Notes: generated from the letters alone by a model not told the origin. A stretch of 45,018 bases of DNA from Octopus bimaculoides (GCF_001194135.2 NC_068990.1:2974440-3019457), one strand, 5' to 3'; positions 23,291-36,794 are shown, counted from the first letter of the stretch. Numbers and translations: made by a program.

Positions 23291-23309
23291 TAATGATAAT
23301 AATAATAAT

Positions 23310-23750
23310 GTCCCAATCAACATAAATTTGTCAAGGCCCACCAAAAGCAAGTATAAAGATCTTAAAATAGAAGTTGGCAAAATGTGGAACCTCAAGGCTT
23401 AAACAATACCTGTCGCCATACGTGCCAAAGGAATGATTGCACAAGGGGCTGATTGCAATCTAGAGCAGATATCAGGTAATCCCAAAATGGAAGAAATTCA
23501 GAGACTAGTGCTCGTGGAAACTGCCTATATCCTACGTAAAATACTGTCTATGTAATCACAAATTTTAAAATAAACTTATAATTTTTCTTATGTTTTCTTA
23601 AACATTCTCTAGAACAATAATTTGCGGAAAACACAAAATATGGCACCCTAATCATAACAACAACCTGAACCTCTAACTTATTGTCTCTTGAGGTCTCTGG
23701 GTGAGACTTGGCATCAGGTTGTAGAAATACAAACAAAATTCAAACATATT
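23310..23750 (+). mobile_element. R4/Dong-like 3' end (subfamily A), directly after the subfamily-B tail
   Basis: VPININ..KYKDLKIEVGKMWNLK..IPV..AKGMIAQG..EIQRLVLVETAYILRKILSM*, with a 3'UTR homologous to 11592-11783. Confidence 0.88.
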
Positions 23751-23893
<143 letters not shown>

Positions 23894-24613
23894 CCTTTCT
23901 ACTATAGGCACAAGGCCTGAAATTTTAGGGAAGGTGGATAGTCGATGGAAACATACATTGGCAAATAAATGTGTTGAGAATGCCAGCGTCTGTTTGATGC
24001 TGAAAACGTTTCAGAAATATCTTCTCTGATGATAAAATAATTCAAAGCGGTGTAATGGCAAAATCTTGCGATGTTTAACTATTAGGAGTTCGACTCCGAG
24101 TTCATCCCCAAAAGTACATATTATTTAGTACCAAATAATTGAAGCCCTCTCTTCAATATTTTTAGGCTTTTGTCCCAGTTAGAGATTACAGGCGTGTATT
24201 ATAGGGAGCTGGCAGATTAGTAGCGTCGGAAAAACTAGCTGAACAATTTCCACTGTTTCTGTTCAGGTTCCTACTCATACTCCTATCGTCATACTGTTAA
24301 TAAAATCAAGTCATAATCAAGTATAAAAGTCCATTTAATTGTCTAATTCATCCCAAATATTTTATTTCCTTCTATACGTGATGTATAGTCAACAAAACTT
24401 GGAAACTATGCATATGAAGTTTCAAAAGAAATTATAATTTTCGTGTATCAGTGATGAATTGAAGATGGTTCGGTCTATGACGTGGGATTCGTTTTCTCTG
24501 TTGAACATTATCATATGGCTGTACAAATGTATTTTGTAATATATATATATATATATATACTTTTGTTATTTACACCACCTGTCCTCGTCTGTTGTTATTA
24601 TTTGTATATTCTC

Positions 24614-24658
<45 letters not shown>

Positions 24659-24914
24659 TATACACATACATATATATATAAATTTACATAATGTGTACAT
24701 GCAGCATTTCAACTGTGTACGTACATACGCGCCGAAGTTAATAATGTAATCCGGAGTAAATTATGAAGCTGCTCACCTTATACCAAAATATATGTTATGT
24801 CTCACACATCTGTAGGTTCTTTGCCTTTGCTTTTACACCTATATACGTGTGTGCACGCACACATGTTTTACATGTGTGTATATATATATATATATATACA
24901 TACACACATTTTTT

Positions 24915-25135
24915 GTTATGCTTTTATTTGTTTCAGCCATTTGAGTGCTGCAATGCTGTAGATATGCCTTAAAGGATTTTAGTCGAAGAAATTGATCCCA
25001 TGACTTATTCTTTATAAACCTAATACTTATTCTACCGTTCTCATTTACCGAGCCGCTAAGTTACAGGGTCGTAAATACACCAAAAGTGGTCGTCAAACGG
25101 TGATGATGGGGACACAAGCACAGGAACATACACAC
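24915..25135 (-). mobile_element. SINE family 1, 3' part
   Basis: ttgtttcagccatttgagtgctgcaatgctg...agtcgaagaaattgatcccatgac..tacttattcta..gagccgctaagttac is the reverse complement of the 1-141 block. Confidence 0.75.
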
Positions 25136-25331
25136 GCACACATGGCATAACATTCTTTTTTTTAAAATCTGTTCGTTGGAATTCAACGAAATTTCTACAG
25201 AATGATAGCGCAGGTGGTGTGTAAAAAGCGTGGGGTTAAAGTAATTATAAACAAAGCACGACCATTTGCAAGATTTGCACGAACTTTCTTTGTTCCAAAT
25301 TATTAATGAGTGGTCTGATAATCGTGTAATT

Positions 25332-26366
25332 ATGAGCTGTAAATGTGACTTAATCACTTACGAGAAATCTGTTATTACTTCTGAACTTATGAAAGGTAAA
25401 TCAACATTAGAAATATCTAAAATGATTGCAAGATAACATCAAACTGTGAACAAATTTATTACAGCTCCTACGAAGACACGTAAGGGAGGATACGTATGTG
25501 TAAGTCGAGGGCTTACACGCAAGTGTAAGTCGAGGGCTGTTTCTCAAAGTTCTTTGTTATTAGTTAAGCGTGAAGCTGCAAGGAAGCCAGGTCTTACAAG
25601 ATGAGGACTTTTGAAGCGCATTGGTGGAACAACTGTTTCTAGAACTATCCGATATCATCTCAAAAAGGTCGTTAAACCAGTGATATCAGTCAAAAGCCCT
25701 CCTTTATACAAAATACACATAAAAAATCATCTGAAAGGGGAAGAAGATAACATGAAGATCGACGTTTAAAAAGTTTTATTTACGGACGAAACTCGCGCCA
25801 ATCTTGATGGAACTGATTGGTGGAGCAAGGGATGGGTCGTAAATGGACAAGATCTTCAACAAAGCTTGAGACGTCAATAATGCGGAGGAGGCGTCATGAT
25901 TTGGGCAGTATTATTGAAAGTATTGGGATTAGTCGTTGGAAACAACCGGATGAGGTTAAAATGACCGCGGACGCATACATAACCTTTCTGAATGAGCACC
26001 TTGAACCTTGGTTTAAAAAATCGAAGAGTATCTTTCAAGTCAAATATAATATTCATGCAAGATAATGCACCCTCGCACTCAGTTAAGGAAACTACAGACT
26101 ATCTGCTGTAATTAGGTTTTTGTGGACCTCGGAAAATGAAGTGGCCTGTCTGTTCCCCCAGCTTAAACCCAATAGAAAACTTCAGTATTCTAAAGCGAAG
26201 AGTTTTCAAGAATGGACACCAATTTAGGAGCAAGGATGAACTGTGGCAGGCAATAGTGTATGTATCATGCGGTATAACATCAAAAGAGATCCAGAAATTA
26301 GAACGTGCCATGGACCAGTACAGTTTCCAACTTATTTCAAACAAAAGCTCATATATCCATTACTAA
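25332..26366 (+). mobile_element. Tc1-family transposase pseudogene, near full length and frameshifted
   Basis: N-terminal MSCKCDLITYEKSVITSELMKGKSTLEISKMIAR*HQTVNKF, then VLFTDETR, GGGVMIWA, YITFLNEHLEPW, FMQDNAPSHS and WPVCSPSLNPIENFSILKRRV, the Tc1 DDE signature. Confidence 0.92.
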
Positions 26367-26705
26367 CCAGTCGACCAATCATTTTAGAACGCTGCTTATG
26401 TGTTTATTTCTATTTCTTCAATGTCTACGACTGTATGTGGTCGTTTCAGCATGTACATCAAACAATTAAATTGGTATTTTATTGTTTACTTGTGTTTTAA
26501 TTACATCTCGCTAATAATTTGAAACGTTGAAAGTTCACATTAATTTGGTAAAAAGCTATACCTATAGTGTTGTTTTAAGGACCCTCACGTTTTTTATACA
26601 CCACGCGCATATAACTGGTGACATCATTCGGTGAAAGTTTCGTTGAATTCCAACGAGTAATATTTCAAAAAAATGCTGCCGCGTTAATAATCTTAAACGT
26701 CATGT

Positions 26706-26762
<57 letters not shown>

Positions 26763-27315
26763 TGTGTGCATATATATATATACACACATGCGTGTATGCA
26801 AGTATACATATATATGTATATAAATATATACATATATATATGCGCGCGTGTGTTGTATGCGTGTGTGCGTTTGCGCGCGCGTGTGTGTGTGTTTGTGTGT
26901 AGGTATACATCCATAAGATGACAATTAATTTAACTGTGATTGAACTCAGGATCTCAATGTAGAGGATAGATGTTTCAGGAAGTAAATCAATCAACTCGGT
27001 CCCAAGATCTGATTAAACAATGAGAAATGTTGGCAGTTGTTGTTCTTTCTATTTGAGACTGACTTCAGTTGATTTCTAGTGTAGACTGTGTGCTAGATAC
27101 TAATTCCTCAGAGAGAGGCTAGTATGGAGGAGTAAATCTGGAAGACGACTGGGATACGTTTGGCTTACTTTCAAAACGGCAGAGAAAGTAAACCAAACGA
27201 CGAAATATGTATCAGATGAACATTGAAGTCAATACAATCGACACACCTCTCCTGGAATTAATGACTTTGAGTCAAAAGTTGAAACCTAGATATGTGTATA
27301 TATGTATGCAGGCAT

Positions 27316-27840
27316 CTCTATAAGTCTGCAAAGGTGAGTCAACTTCTTTAACCCTCGGCAACGGAGTAATGGGTCAATGATGAAGAATAATCAAATCTAA
27401 AATCAACGCTGATATGAATTCATCTCGCTTGCCATTCGTGGTGGTGGGGGATGTTGGCTTGTTCTCCTTTTCAGTAGTTAGAAAAGTGCTCTCACGAGGC
27501 TAAGCGTTGCTTTGACTTTTATTTCTAGCAATTTGGGTGCTGGATAGTTTCCTCCTTCACCTTAATGACGACTATACTAGTTACCATTCGGTTGTAAATT
27601 GCGAATAGCCACCTTAATAATTTATAATTCTCACTTCACTATTTTCGGAATCATTCAATGTTTCATATGGTGTTTTCTACAAGTCTGACAAGGTGAGTTA
27701 AGTCCTTTTACCCTCGGCGACGGAGCAATGAGTCACTGATGAAGATTAATCAATTCTTAAATCAAAGCTGATATGATTCCATTTCGGCTGGCGTAGGGAG
27801 TTGTCTCTCTTGTCATTCATAAGAAAAGTATTCTCACGTG
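27316..27840. repeat. Two diverged direct repeats of about 170-180 bp (27316-27496 and 27675-27840)
   Basis: Both read aagtctg..aaggtgagt...accctcggc.acggag.aatg.gtca.tgatgaaga.taatcaa.tct.aaatcaa.gctgatatga...agaaaagt..tctcacg. Confidence 0.85.
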
Positions 27841-27859
27841 TTTTATATAAGAGTGACAA

Positions 27860-27954
<95 letters not shown>

Positions 27955-28699
27955 CTGTGTGTGTGTGTGTCTTTGCGTGTGTGTATGTATGTATGTATTT
28001 ACAGTAAAAATCGAGCCTCCCCGTGTCAGGTCTTGTCGAATATCAGCTTTTTCTTCAAAATAAATGGTCAGTAGCCCTTCATCAAACCTCTTTTTTTATA
28101 GAGAAAGGAAATTAAGAATAAACTACTACGAGCATTCCAACAGGTACTGTCGTTTTAAGTTACCATGATTCTCTTTTATTATAGAGATGATTTTCAATAT
28201 TTTCATCATTTCCTCTTTACCAACTTAATCTATGAGATTGTCATTTTAACGAAGCAATAGTTTCATCACTGTTGTATGTCTCCTTTTGTATCTCCCTCAC
28301 CACGCAATTTCACACTAATTTCAATTCATATACTACTAAATATATCGGTACTACTAAGTAATTTGGGCTGGTGTTTCTTTGTATCATATTTGGGTTACAA
28401 TATTGGAATCGTTTTGAGCATAGTGTATCCAAATACGTATTTTACCCCACTCACACACGCGCCCAAAAGATATTTGCAGGTTAAAATTTGATGCACCCAA
28501 TTCCTTGTATTAGTTCTTGCATTAAAATTTGGACTTTAATCAACAAAGATGCTTTAACAAAATCCGAAAGTAGCATAAATTTTTTCTGGGCATGCATTGG
28601 ATTTCAGATTCAGTTCTGACAGAAATTAATACGGTACAATTAAACCTTCTGTGAAAAAAAAAAATGTTACTATTCTAGTTAGCAGCGAACAAACCAACC

Positions 28700-29340
28700 A
28701 ATGCAAGAATCCTTATCAAAGATTACAAATATCATTGTTCATTAATTTTCCATTGTATATCAGTTTTATAATAAGCCATTAGTCCTGCAATGTCCTAGAA
28801 TTCAGACCTAAATTCTCTTAACAAAACCTTTTCGTTTATAAGATGTACATTCAAGATTTTTATCATTAGTTTGTCATTTTAATTGGATAGATCCAGGGAA
28901 GTATTTTTATAACTTGTACTCCCATAAAATCACAATCAATATTTCTATCATTTTCTCTCGGTGTATCAACATGAAGCATAAATATTTTCCTTTATAAAGA
29001 ATTCCTGATGTTCAGAAGCTTTTAGATGAATAAATATCGATCTTACAGTAACGATCTTAGCTGGTATGTTTCTTTCGTGACAATACCAAAATGACACCTA
29101 ATCTTAATACCTCTATAATTTTAATACCACTGCCAACAAATTTCAAATTTGCTTTCTTCTTCTTGTCTAACGACCCCAATGTTACCATTCAGTCTAAAGA
29201 TTTACTTGCCAATAATATTATGTTGTGGAGAATTCTACGGAGAACATTTCACCAATTTTAAAGCTTGTTTTTCAATACTATTTGCTCTTAAAAGCACTAT
29301 AACGATGGTTCTTGTATTTTGTAAAATATAGCTTTCCGTA
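28700..29340 (-). mobile_element. Possible highly decayed LTR-retrotransposon integrase remnant
   Basis: VKCSP*NSPQHNIIGK*IFRLNGNIGVVRQEEESKFEICWQWY loosely resembles the integrase SP..NG..ER.NG...W segment. Many stops; weak. Confidence 0.25.
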
Positions 29341-29932
29341 CTCTCACTTTGATTGAAGCTGTATCGATTAAATTTTTTCCCCATTTTATTTATTGAATTC
29401 TATGACTTGCTAATTATGGAATCCCCTTTCTGATTGTAATGTCATGAAAATAACAAACAACGAAATCAAAATGTAATTTTCTTCTCTAGAGACTAAACAA
29501 GTCATGGCTGTTAACCTACTACGCATCCAACTCCCAAGCTTCATTTGCACAATCTTTCACTCATTGATCGTTCGTTGTTGGAACAATACACGTTTACCGT
29601 TTTAGAAAATACTTCAAAGCAGATTTCTTTGTACCGGAGTCATATGATGAATTTATATTTTCCCTGCATTTTACCGCACTTTAAGAAGCCTATAACGCGA
29701 TACTAAATCACACGTTTAGGCTTTCAATAATGAACCCTTCTAATTGCTTTAATGGAAGTATTTTTTCTTCAAAGTAACAAAATTCTTCTACAGATAGGGT
29801 AATGCGAATTAATTTGTCATTTGCTTCATGGACGTTGTATCTCTTCCTACATTGCAGCCTTATAACTTTCGTTCACTGTATTTCCAAAATTCTCTGCATT
29901 ACACGGACGCACAGAAATATATACACACACGC

Positions 29933-29996
<64 letters not shown>

Positions 29997-30001
29997 TCAG
30001 A

Positions 30002-30604
30002 GGACATAATAAGTATGACTTCCTGCTTGAAATAGCAGTCACATCTCGTTATTAAATCGACAAAAATACACTGGTGATAACTACAGGAATCAAACGAAGG
30101 CAAATTTCGTTAAGACAATCTATTTACATACATATAAGTATTTGGATTCACGCATTACCAAGATAAGACATTCGCAACCTATCCTTCTGAAGTCTGTGCC
30201 TCTACTGTTTCGTTTTGCGCCGAAATCTCAACAGGTTAGCAGTGTAAAATAATCTCGATTCAGATTTCCGAGAAAAATAATTTATTAAAATTAATTTATG
30301 AAGGCATCATTAATTCTATTAAGCTGCTGTGATTTCGGCACAAAACGAATCAGTAGCGGCACAGGCTTCAGAAGGATAGGTTGGGAATCTCTTATATTGG
30401 TAATGCGTGCTGAAGAAGCTAAGGCTCATATTGCCCATGCAGGAACTAGTACACGTGAATCCAAATACTTAAATGTATGTAAGTAGATTGTCTTAATCAA
30501 ATGTGCCTTCGTTTCATTTCTGTAGTTATCACCAGTGTATTTTTGGCGATTTAATAATGAGATTTGGCTGCTATTTCAAGCGGGTAGACATACTTAGTAT
30601 GTCC
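30002..30604. mobile_element. Foldback/MITE-like element with ~230-bp inverted arms
   Basis: 30002-30234 (ggacataataagtatgacttcctgcttgaaatagcag...cgaaatctcaacag) is the reverse complement of 30324-30604. The right arm carries about 55 extra bases near 30408-30466. Confidence 0.85.
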
Positions 30605-31503
30605 GTTGATTAATTTTAATCCCTTGGCTATTTAATGCTATTTTAAAGGCCTGCTGTCGCCTGTATCATTGATTGTGTTATAATTCTTAAAATAGTTACA
30701 TTCGATAATAATAGAATTAATGATGCCTTCCTAAATTAATTTATATATATATATATATATATAAGTGTGGGGTGGGATATCGACAAAGTGAGATATTAAG
30801 GTAACACTTAATGATAACGTGTTTTAGGCTTGGTTTTGGTAGTAAATATTTTGGATGTGATGATACTGCTGCCTGAAAAATCCTAATAAATTACATGTTT
30901 CAATTATGTATTAAAAAGCAAGATATAAATGCTACATGTTTGAGCTATTAACAATAGCAAAGCAAGGTAAAGAGGTAATGTAAAAAAAAAAATTTTTTTT
31001 TAATTATGGGGGAGACAAATATCCCAATTAGAATAAAATAAAATAATTTTGTAACTAAAACAACAGAAATCAAAAATCCATAAACATTGCAAATGTCAGG
31101 AATAATGATTCGTTGACAAAATATATATAACAAAATATATTGCATGAATTTTCTGATGGATTTACTTCCACATTCGTAAAGAGATAAGCCTAAAGTCGAA
31201 ATCACAATTTCTTATTCTGTTGTTATCTATTAATGTTTACAGTAACATTTTGTTCGAAGAGATAATTTTCTAATTTAAATAGTAAAAATAGCAAATGCTA
31301 AAAATATAAGGATTCGATTACCCCCTTCCTTTAAATAACATAATCATGGAAATACCGTTATCCTAAACCCATATAATTCTTTACCAGCCTAAACACAAAT
31401 TTCCTGGAACCTACGATTCATTGACGTCAAATTGTCTAACTGCACATAAGGAATTTTTAACCATGAATCTGGATTGCAATCCATATTTATGTGTTTGCTC
31501 TTT

Positions 31504-31548
31504 GAATTTTATATAAGTTCCTATATCTATCTGTCTATCTATCTATCC

Positions 31549-31580
<32 letters not shown>

Positions 31581-31871
31581 CTCTCTATCTCTTTCTCTCT
31601 CTCTCTATCTCTTTCTCTCTCTCACTCTCTCTCTCTCTCTCTCTNNNNNNNNNNNNNNNNNNNNNNNNNNNNNNNNNNNNNNNNNNNNNNNNNNNNNNNN
31701 NNNNNNNNNNNNNNNNNNNNNNNNNNNNNNNNNNNNNNNNNNNNNNNNNNNNNNNNNNNNNNNNNNNNNNNNNNNNNNNNNNNNNNNNNNNNNNNNNNNN
31801 NNNNNNNNNNNNNNNNNNNNNNNNNNNNNNNNNNNNNNNNNNNNNNNNNNNNNNNNNNNNNNNNNNNNNNN

Positions 31872-31936
<65 letters not shown>
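31504..31936. repeat. (CTAT)n/(CT)n and (AC)n microsatellites flanking an assembly gap
   Basis: Directly visible. Confidence 0.95.
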
Positions 31937-31940
<4 letters not shown>

Positions 31941-32624
31941 AAAAGCAACTGCGCCCTGTATAATTCAATCAACATATATTCCCATATATCTCCAACTGAT
32001 TTTATCACTGACAAGCAAAAATATTTTGTTCGCACTGACGAGAATAATATTTTAAATATTTTACTCACAACTATTGGAACATGACTTACACACAACAACC
32101 ATCGAATGAACAGCAGATGTACACACATTTTTGAAATTAGATTTATAGTTATAATCAGAAACAAACAGCGTTCTCAATTGCAATGCCTTTACGAGGCAAC
32201 AAAATTAATTTGGCGAGAAAGAAGAATATGAAGAATAAAGGAAAGAAAACCAGATAAAAGAGTGGTTTGCTAATAGAGAAATTAACTGTCAATAATCGCA
32301 GTAATAACCCTGCCCCACAACAGCAATCGCAAGAAAGAGAAAGGGCCGACACGAAAGATAATCAAGGAATTGACAAAGTATATAAAGCTATCAGTTGTCT
32401 TGTGGGAAACACAATCCAATTAACAAAAAAGGCTTAAGATACACGCATCTCTTAAAGTACAACTACCAAAACTGCGTTCTAATATTTTCGATTACTGAGA
32501 TAAATATGAATTTTCGGAAATAATTTGCTTTACCACTTGTATTCAGTGCTCCTCTCTCTTTAGTTTGACATAAGGTAGCATCCGCATATATATATAATTA
32601 TTTTTATTATTTTTAAATGAATTA

Positions 32625-32838
32625 AGACGACGGGCTGGCAGAATCCTTAGTGCGCCAGGCAAAATACTTACCAACATTTCATCTGTCCTCGTACTCTGAG
32701 TTCAAATTCCGCCGAGTTCTACTTAGATTTTCATCCTTTCGGGGTCGATAGAATAGGTAGCTGTCGAACACTGAAGTGTATGTAATCGACTTTATTCGTC
32801 ACTCGTAGTTGCTGGTTCTGCTCCAAAATTTGATACCG
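32625..32838 (+). mobile_element. Short tRNA-derived SINE (family 2)
   Basis: gggctggcagaatccttagtgcgccaggc...ctgagttcaaattccgccgag...ggggtcgatagaatagg...gtaatcgact...ccaaaatttga. Confidence 0.85.
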
Positions 32839-32904
32839 TTTTTTAGCGTTGATGTTGTTATTATTACTATTTTAAATTATTATGAACATTTTTTTTTAAT
32901 TTAA

Positions 32905-33065
32905 AAGAGCATGCGGTACAGTACATGAGAAGAAACTTTAGAGCATCGATGAAATGCATTGCGATATTTGTCTTTCTGGAGATGAAATCTCGGCGAGGTT
33001 AACTTTGCCTTTCAGCATTTCAAGGTCGATTAAATAAAGTATCAGTCAAGTACTGGCTTCGAATG
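32905..33065 (+). mobile_element. Older family-2 SINE fragment
   Basis: gaaatgcattgcgatatttgtc..ggcgaggttaactttgcctttcagcatttcaaggtcgattaaataaagtatcagtcaagtactgg. Confidence 0.6.
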
Positions 33066-34241
33066 TATCACCGCTCTAATACTGATGACCGGAAAACGTT
33101 TATAACACCAAGGAAATATTAATGATTAGTCACACTATATAAATATCGTTTTACTTTTTATGAAATATATAGATTCACAATTATAACTGAATTTTCTCCA
33201 AATAGCTGAAAACAATATTGAAATTTCAAACGAATTACTTCAGAAGTAAAAGTTTGAGTCATCCTACAGACATTTGGCAACATATCTAAATATAAAACAT
33301 CGCGCCATGAAGTTTCCTATATAACAATACGTATGTCTAAAGATATGAATAGCGAAAATAATGTAAACAGTGTCGAAATTATGATAAATCCGTATATTAT
33401 GCTGCTATTTTGATTCTCTTATACATATATAAATGAGAAGATATATTTTCAGATTTACTTGTTTGTAAATATGGCAATGTTTTTTTTTTGTTTTTTTTTT
33501 ACGAGACCGATAAGGGAAAGAATTGGTAAGATAAAGTCTAAAATCCTAGATGACGAGTGTGGGTTTTCTCGACGGCTGGATGTAGGTTTAAAATGTCAAT
33601 GATAACGTGCCAGCTTGTGCATTTAGTGTAATTCAATAGGCATAGCTGTAAATGAATAATATGTGTGCCTAAAAGTAATCAATTTGTAGAACTGATTGTA
33701 AATTAATTGTATGTATTGGTTCTGATGTAAATGCATATGTATATGCGTGTATGTTAGCGTATGTGTGTTTTCCTGTGTAGGCAATTTATGAACGTTATGA
33801 ATGAATAATTGAGAAGTTCGCTACATTGTCACGAAATTTCGGTTTTCTTATCGCCGCTTGGGTTCTTGGGTAGGTGTCAATTTTCTCTTCCTTCGGGTTG
33901 ACCTGAACGTTGTAAAGTATAGAAACCCATCGAATAGTTGGTACTAGGAGTTTAGCAATCCAACTTTCACACACTGTCATGTTGATTTCATATTATAACT
34001 ATACATACGGTACGATTGTTGGTGGAGTTTATCAGCCCCGTAAAAGACAATCCCTAGAGGGTATTGGTTTAAAAAGCTGATCTTGGATAGTCCTATATTC
34101 TGACTGAGAACCATTCCAATATATATGCATGCATTTATGTGTGTAAGTATATGGAAATATACAAACATGCAGCCGTCACCATTTTGTAAACAAAAGAGGG
34201 TTTTGAATCGAATATTTAGATGTTATCATTTATTGATTAAT

Positions 34242-34653
34242 AAAGGCGGCTAGCAGGCACATCCGGCGCAGTGCTTGGGTGCATTTCATCCGTCCTCACG
34301 TTCTGAGTTTAAATTCGCCGAGGTCGACTTTGCCTTCTTTCCTTTCGGGGTCAATAAAATAAACACCACTGGAGTACTGGGGTCGACGCAATCGACTTAA
34401 CCCCTCCCACAAAAATTTCAGTCCTTGTGCCTTTAGTAGAAATGATTGGTTAATAAAGGCGGTGAGCTGGCGGAACCTTTAGCACTCCAGGCCAAATGCT
34501 TAACAGTATTGGGACTGCTGTTACGTTCTGTGTTCAAATTCCACCGAGGTCGACTTTAGCTTTCAATTTTCGGGGTCGATAAATTTGGTACCAGTGAAAC
34601 ACTCCCCTCCATGCAGATGGCTGCGCTTGTGGCAAAATTTGAAACCATTATCT
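34242..34653 (+). mobile_element. Two family-2 SINE copies in head-to-tail tandem (34242-34444 and 34455-34653)
   Basis: Both start aaaggcgg and contain ttctg.gtt.aaatt..ccgaggtcgacttt..cggggtc.ataaa. ATTG(G/A)TTAAT occurs at all three junctions. Confidence 0.88.
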
Positions 34654-34861
34654 ATTGGTTAATGTATTTCGATACCTACTATATATGTGTATGCGCGTGC
34701 GCTTGTGTGTGTGTAAACTTACATGCATACATATATGCAATTATTCCAATATGAGCATTTAAATGCTCAAAACAGTATGGAGTAAGATTTATTATGCTTA
34801 TTTGCGACTAGATTACAGATTTTTCTGCCAGGGGTTGGCTGTTCCCCAGCTCTGACAAAGG

Positions 34862-34892
<31 letters not shown>

Positions 34893-34893
<1 letters not shown>

Positions 34894-35082
34894 GATCAAC
34901 CCGCTAGCCACTAAACCTTTCTTTTTTTTCTCTCTGTTTATATCCTCGCGTTCTATTCTGTTGAAGAGCGCAGACACGAAACGTAAAAGACTTTCTCACC
35001 TTCCCGAGCGTTAAACTAATACACGTGTTTGTTGTTTACACACCTGTCTTCGTCTTTTGTTTTTTTTTGTAAATTCCAACTA
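34893..35082 (+). mobile_element. Short non-coding repeat with a degenerate hammerhead-like motif (34961-34990), between (TA)n tracts
   Basis: TTGAAGA-gcgcagacac-GAAA-cg-ta-aaaga. Core and stems are imperfect. Confidence 0.35.
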
Positions 35083-35981
35083 TATATATATATATATANN
35101 NNNNNNNNNATATATATATTCATGTACACACTATGCACACCATCAGACAAGATTGGCAGTTTGTACTCATGAAAAAATAAATTGAATTAATATATGAGAT
35201 ATATAACTTAGAGGTGACAAAGACCTCATTGGCAGTGATTGCGAATGTAACTTAAACCAATTATAAGCGAACTCACTGGCGGGCACCGCCACATTTTCCT
35301 TTGCTTGAGTTTAACTATGAGAGCACAAAAAGAAAATACACCGGAATTATTTCGTCTTTGATAACTTATCCTTGGAAAATTATATGATATACAGACTTTC
35401 TCTATTTCTTCAAGGAACGTGTGCATCATAAATTTCCTTACCATGTACTGACCATTGTAGTGCATCTCAAAATTTTGCAAGAGTTGTGTAAGAAATTATA
35501 TGTGATACTTTCAATAACCTGCTTGAGAGATATACCATTTTCATTAGCCGTATCCTGAAATTGCATTTGATGTTGTGAAACGGTATTATTATCAATGGTG
35601 AAACGGTAGCAATACTTTTCAACATTTCCTTTACTTTCACTCATTATTCCAATTCTCTTGGCTGCACTGTTCTAAATCTCGCTGTATTGACATATCAGTT
35701 CTTGTTATTTATTTTGTGTTTCATTTGATCATCTTCTTTCCATTTTAGATCGTTCTGTAAATATACCCTCACTAATATGACCATAGCTTGCTGCAAGAAC
35801 GAGATTATATATTGATTACCTATTAGACCAAATCTACAACCGTTTACGTTTTTTTACTTGAGAAAAAAAGAGAAGAAAACCTGCCAATTTTCGCCAGTTC
35901 TTCTATAGCTATAAGTACTAGAGCTTGAAATAAAAGCAATTTACTAGTAACTTACTAAGAGTGTTTCTTCTCACTTTCTCC

Positions 35982-36047
<66 letters not shown>

Positions 36048-36372
36048 NNNNNNNNNNTCTCTCTCTCTCTCACTCTCACCCGTCCTCTCTTCATATTCTT
36101 TACTACCTTAAACCTGAATATTTACCACTTTCAAATATAGTGAAAAGAAAAAATGTTCTGTAGGTTTTTAAAGATTATTCAATAAATATCTTCTCATTTC
36201 ACCATTTAATATTTCAATTATCTATTCTCACATACGGATACATTTATACATCCGTATCATCACATTGTGGTGCTAGATATATACGCATAAACGTGTGTAT
36301 AATAAATATATATTTTTATTTATAGACGCACATACATACATATTCATGCATATATACCATTATTTATAGTAC

Positions 36373-36405
<33 letters not shown>

Positions 36406-36448
36406 CGTGAGTGTGGGTGTGTGTGTGTGTGTGTGAGTGTGTGTACGC

Positions 36449-36750
36449 AGAATTTAAATTCAAGCTACTATGCTGTGAAACAAAATGGTCATATAGACGT
36501 GTATAGCATGCCTTGAACTTCCAAACAATCTTTGTGCACAACATGGTCTGTCTTTGGTAAGAAATAAGAAATAAGAAATAAAAAAATGGAATGCGAAAAA
36601 AAGAAAAAAAAATGAAATGCAAATTGTTTCCCACATGTGAATAAGAAGGCATTCGCCAACTTAATTAGATATATCTGGGAACTGGGGGCCAAATACACAC
36701 CACACATCATCAACTGGAACATTGTAGAACGACCCACGTTCAGTTGAAAG
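36449..36750 (+). mobile_element. Decayed Penelope-like GIY-YIG remnant
   Basis: YYAVKQNGHIDVYSMP*TSKQSL and KAFANLIRYIWELGAKYTPHIINWNIVERP resemble the PLE YKATV..YIG..TFKQR and LSKYIWELK..I.W.I segments, as at 11878-12231. Confidence 0.6.
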
Positions 36751-36794
36751 CTCACATGTTCTTCTACATTATACTCAGCAGCCAAAATCTAAAT

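Noticed and set aside
27070-27230. Peptide SKSGRRLGYVWLTFKTAE resembling an RRM RNP1 motif
   Set aside because: Only about 50 codons are open, the donor is weak, and no other RRM segment lies nearby.
30181-30420. CTGAAG...GCCGAAATC and CTGAAGAAG motifs in the 30-kb foldback
   Set aside because: The core is incomplete and there is no supporting stem I or III pairing.
33780-35760. Moderately complex stretches at 33780-34170 and 35200-35760 as possible coding sequence
   Set aside because: Every frame is interrupted and no motif is recognisable. They are probably old transposon debris, but I cannot support a call.
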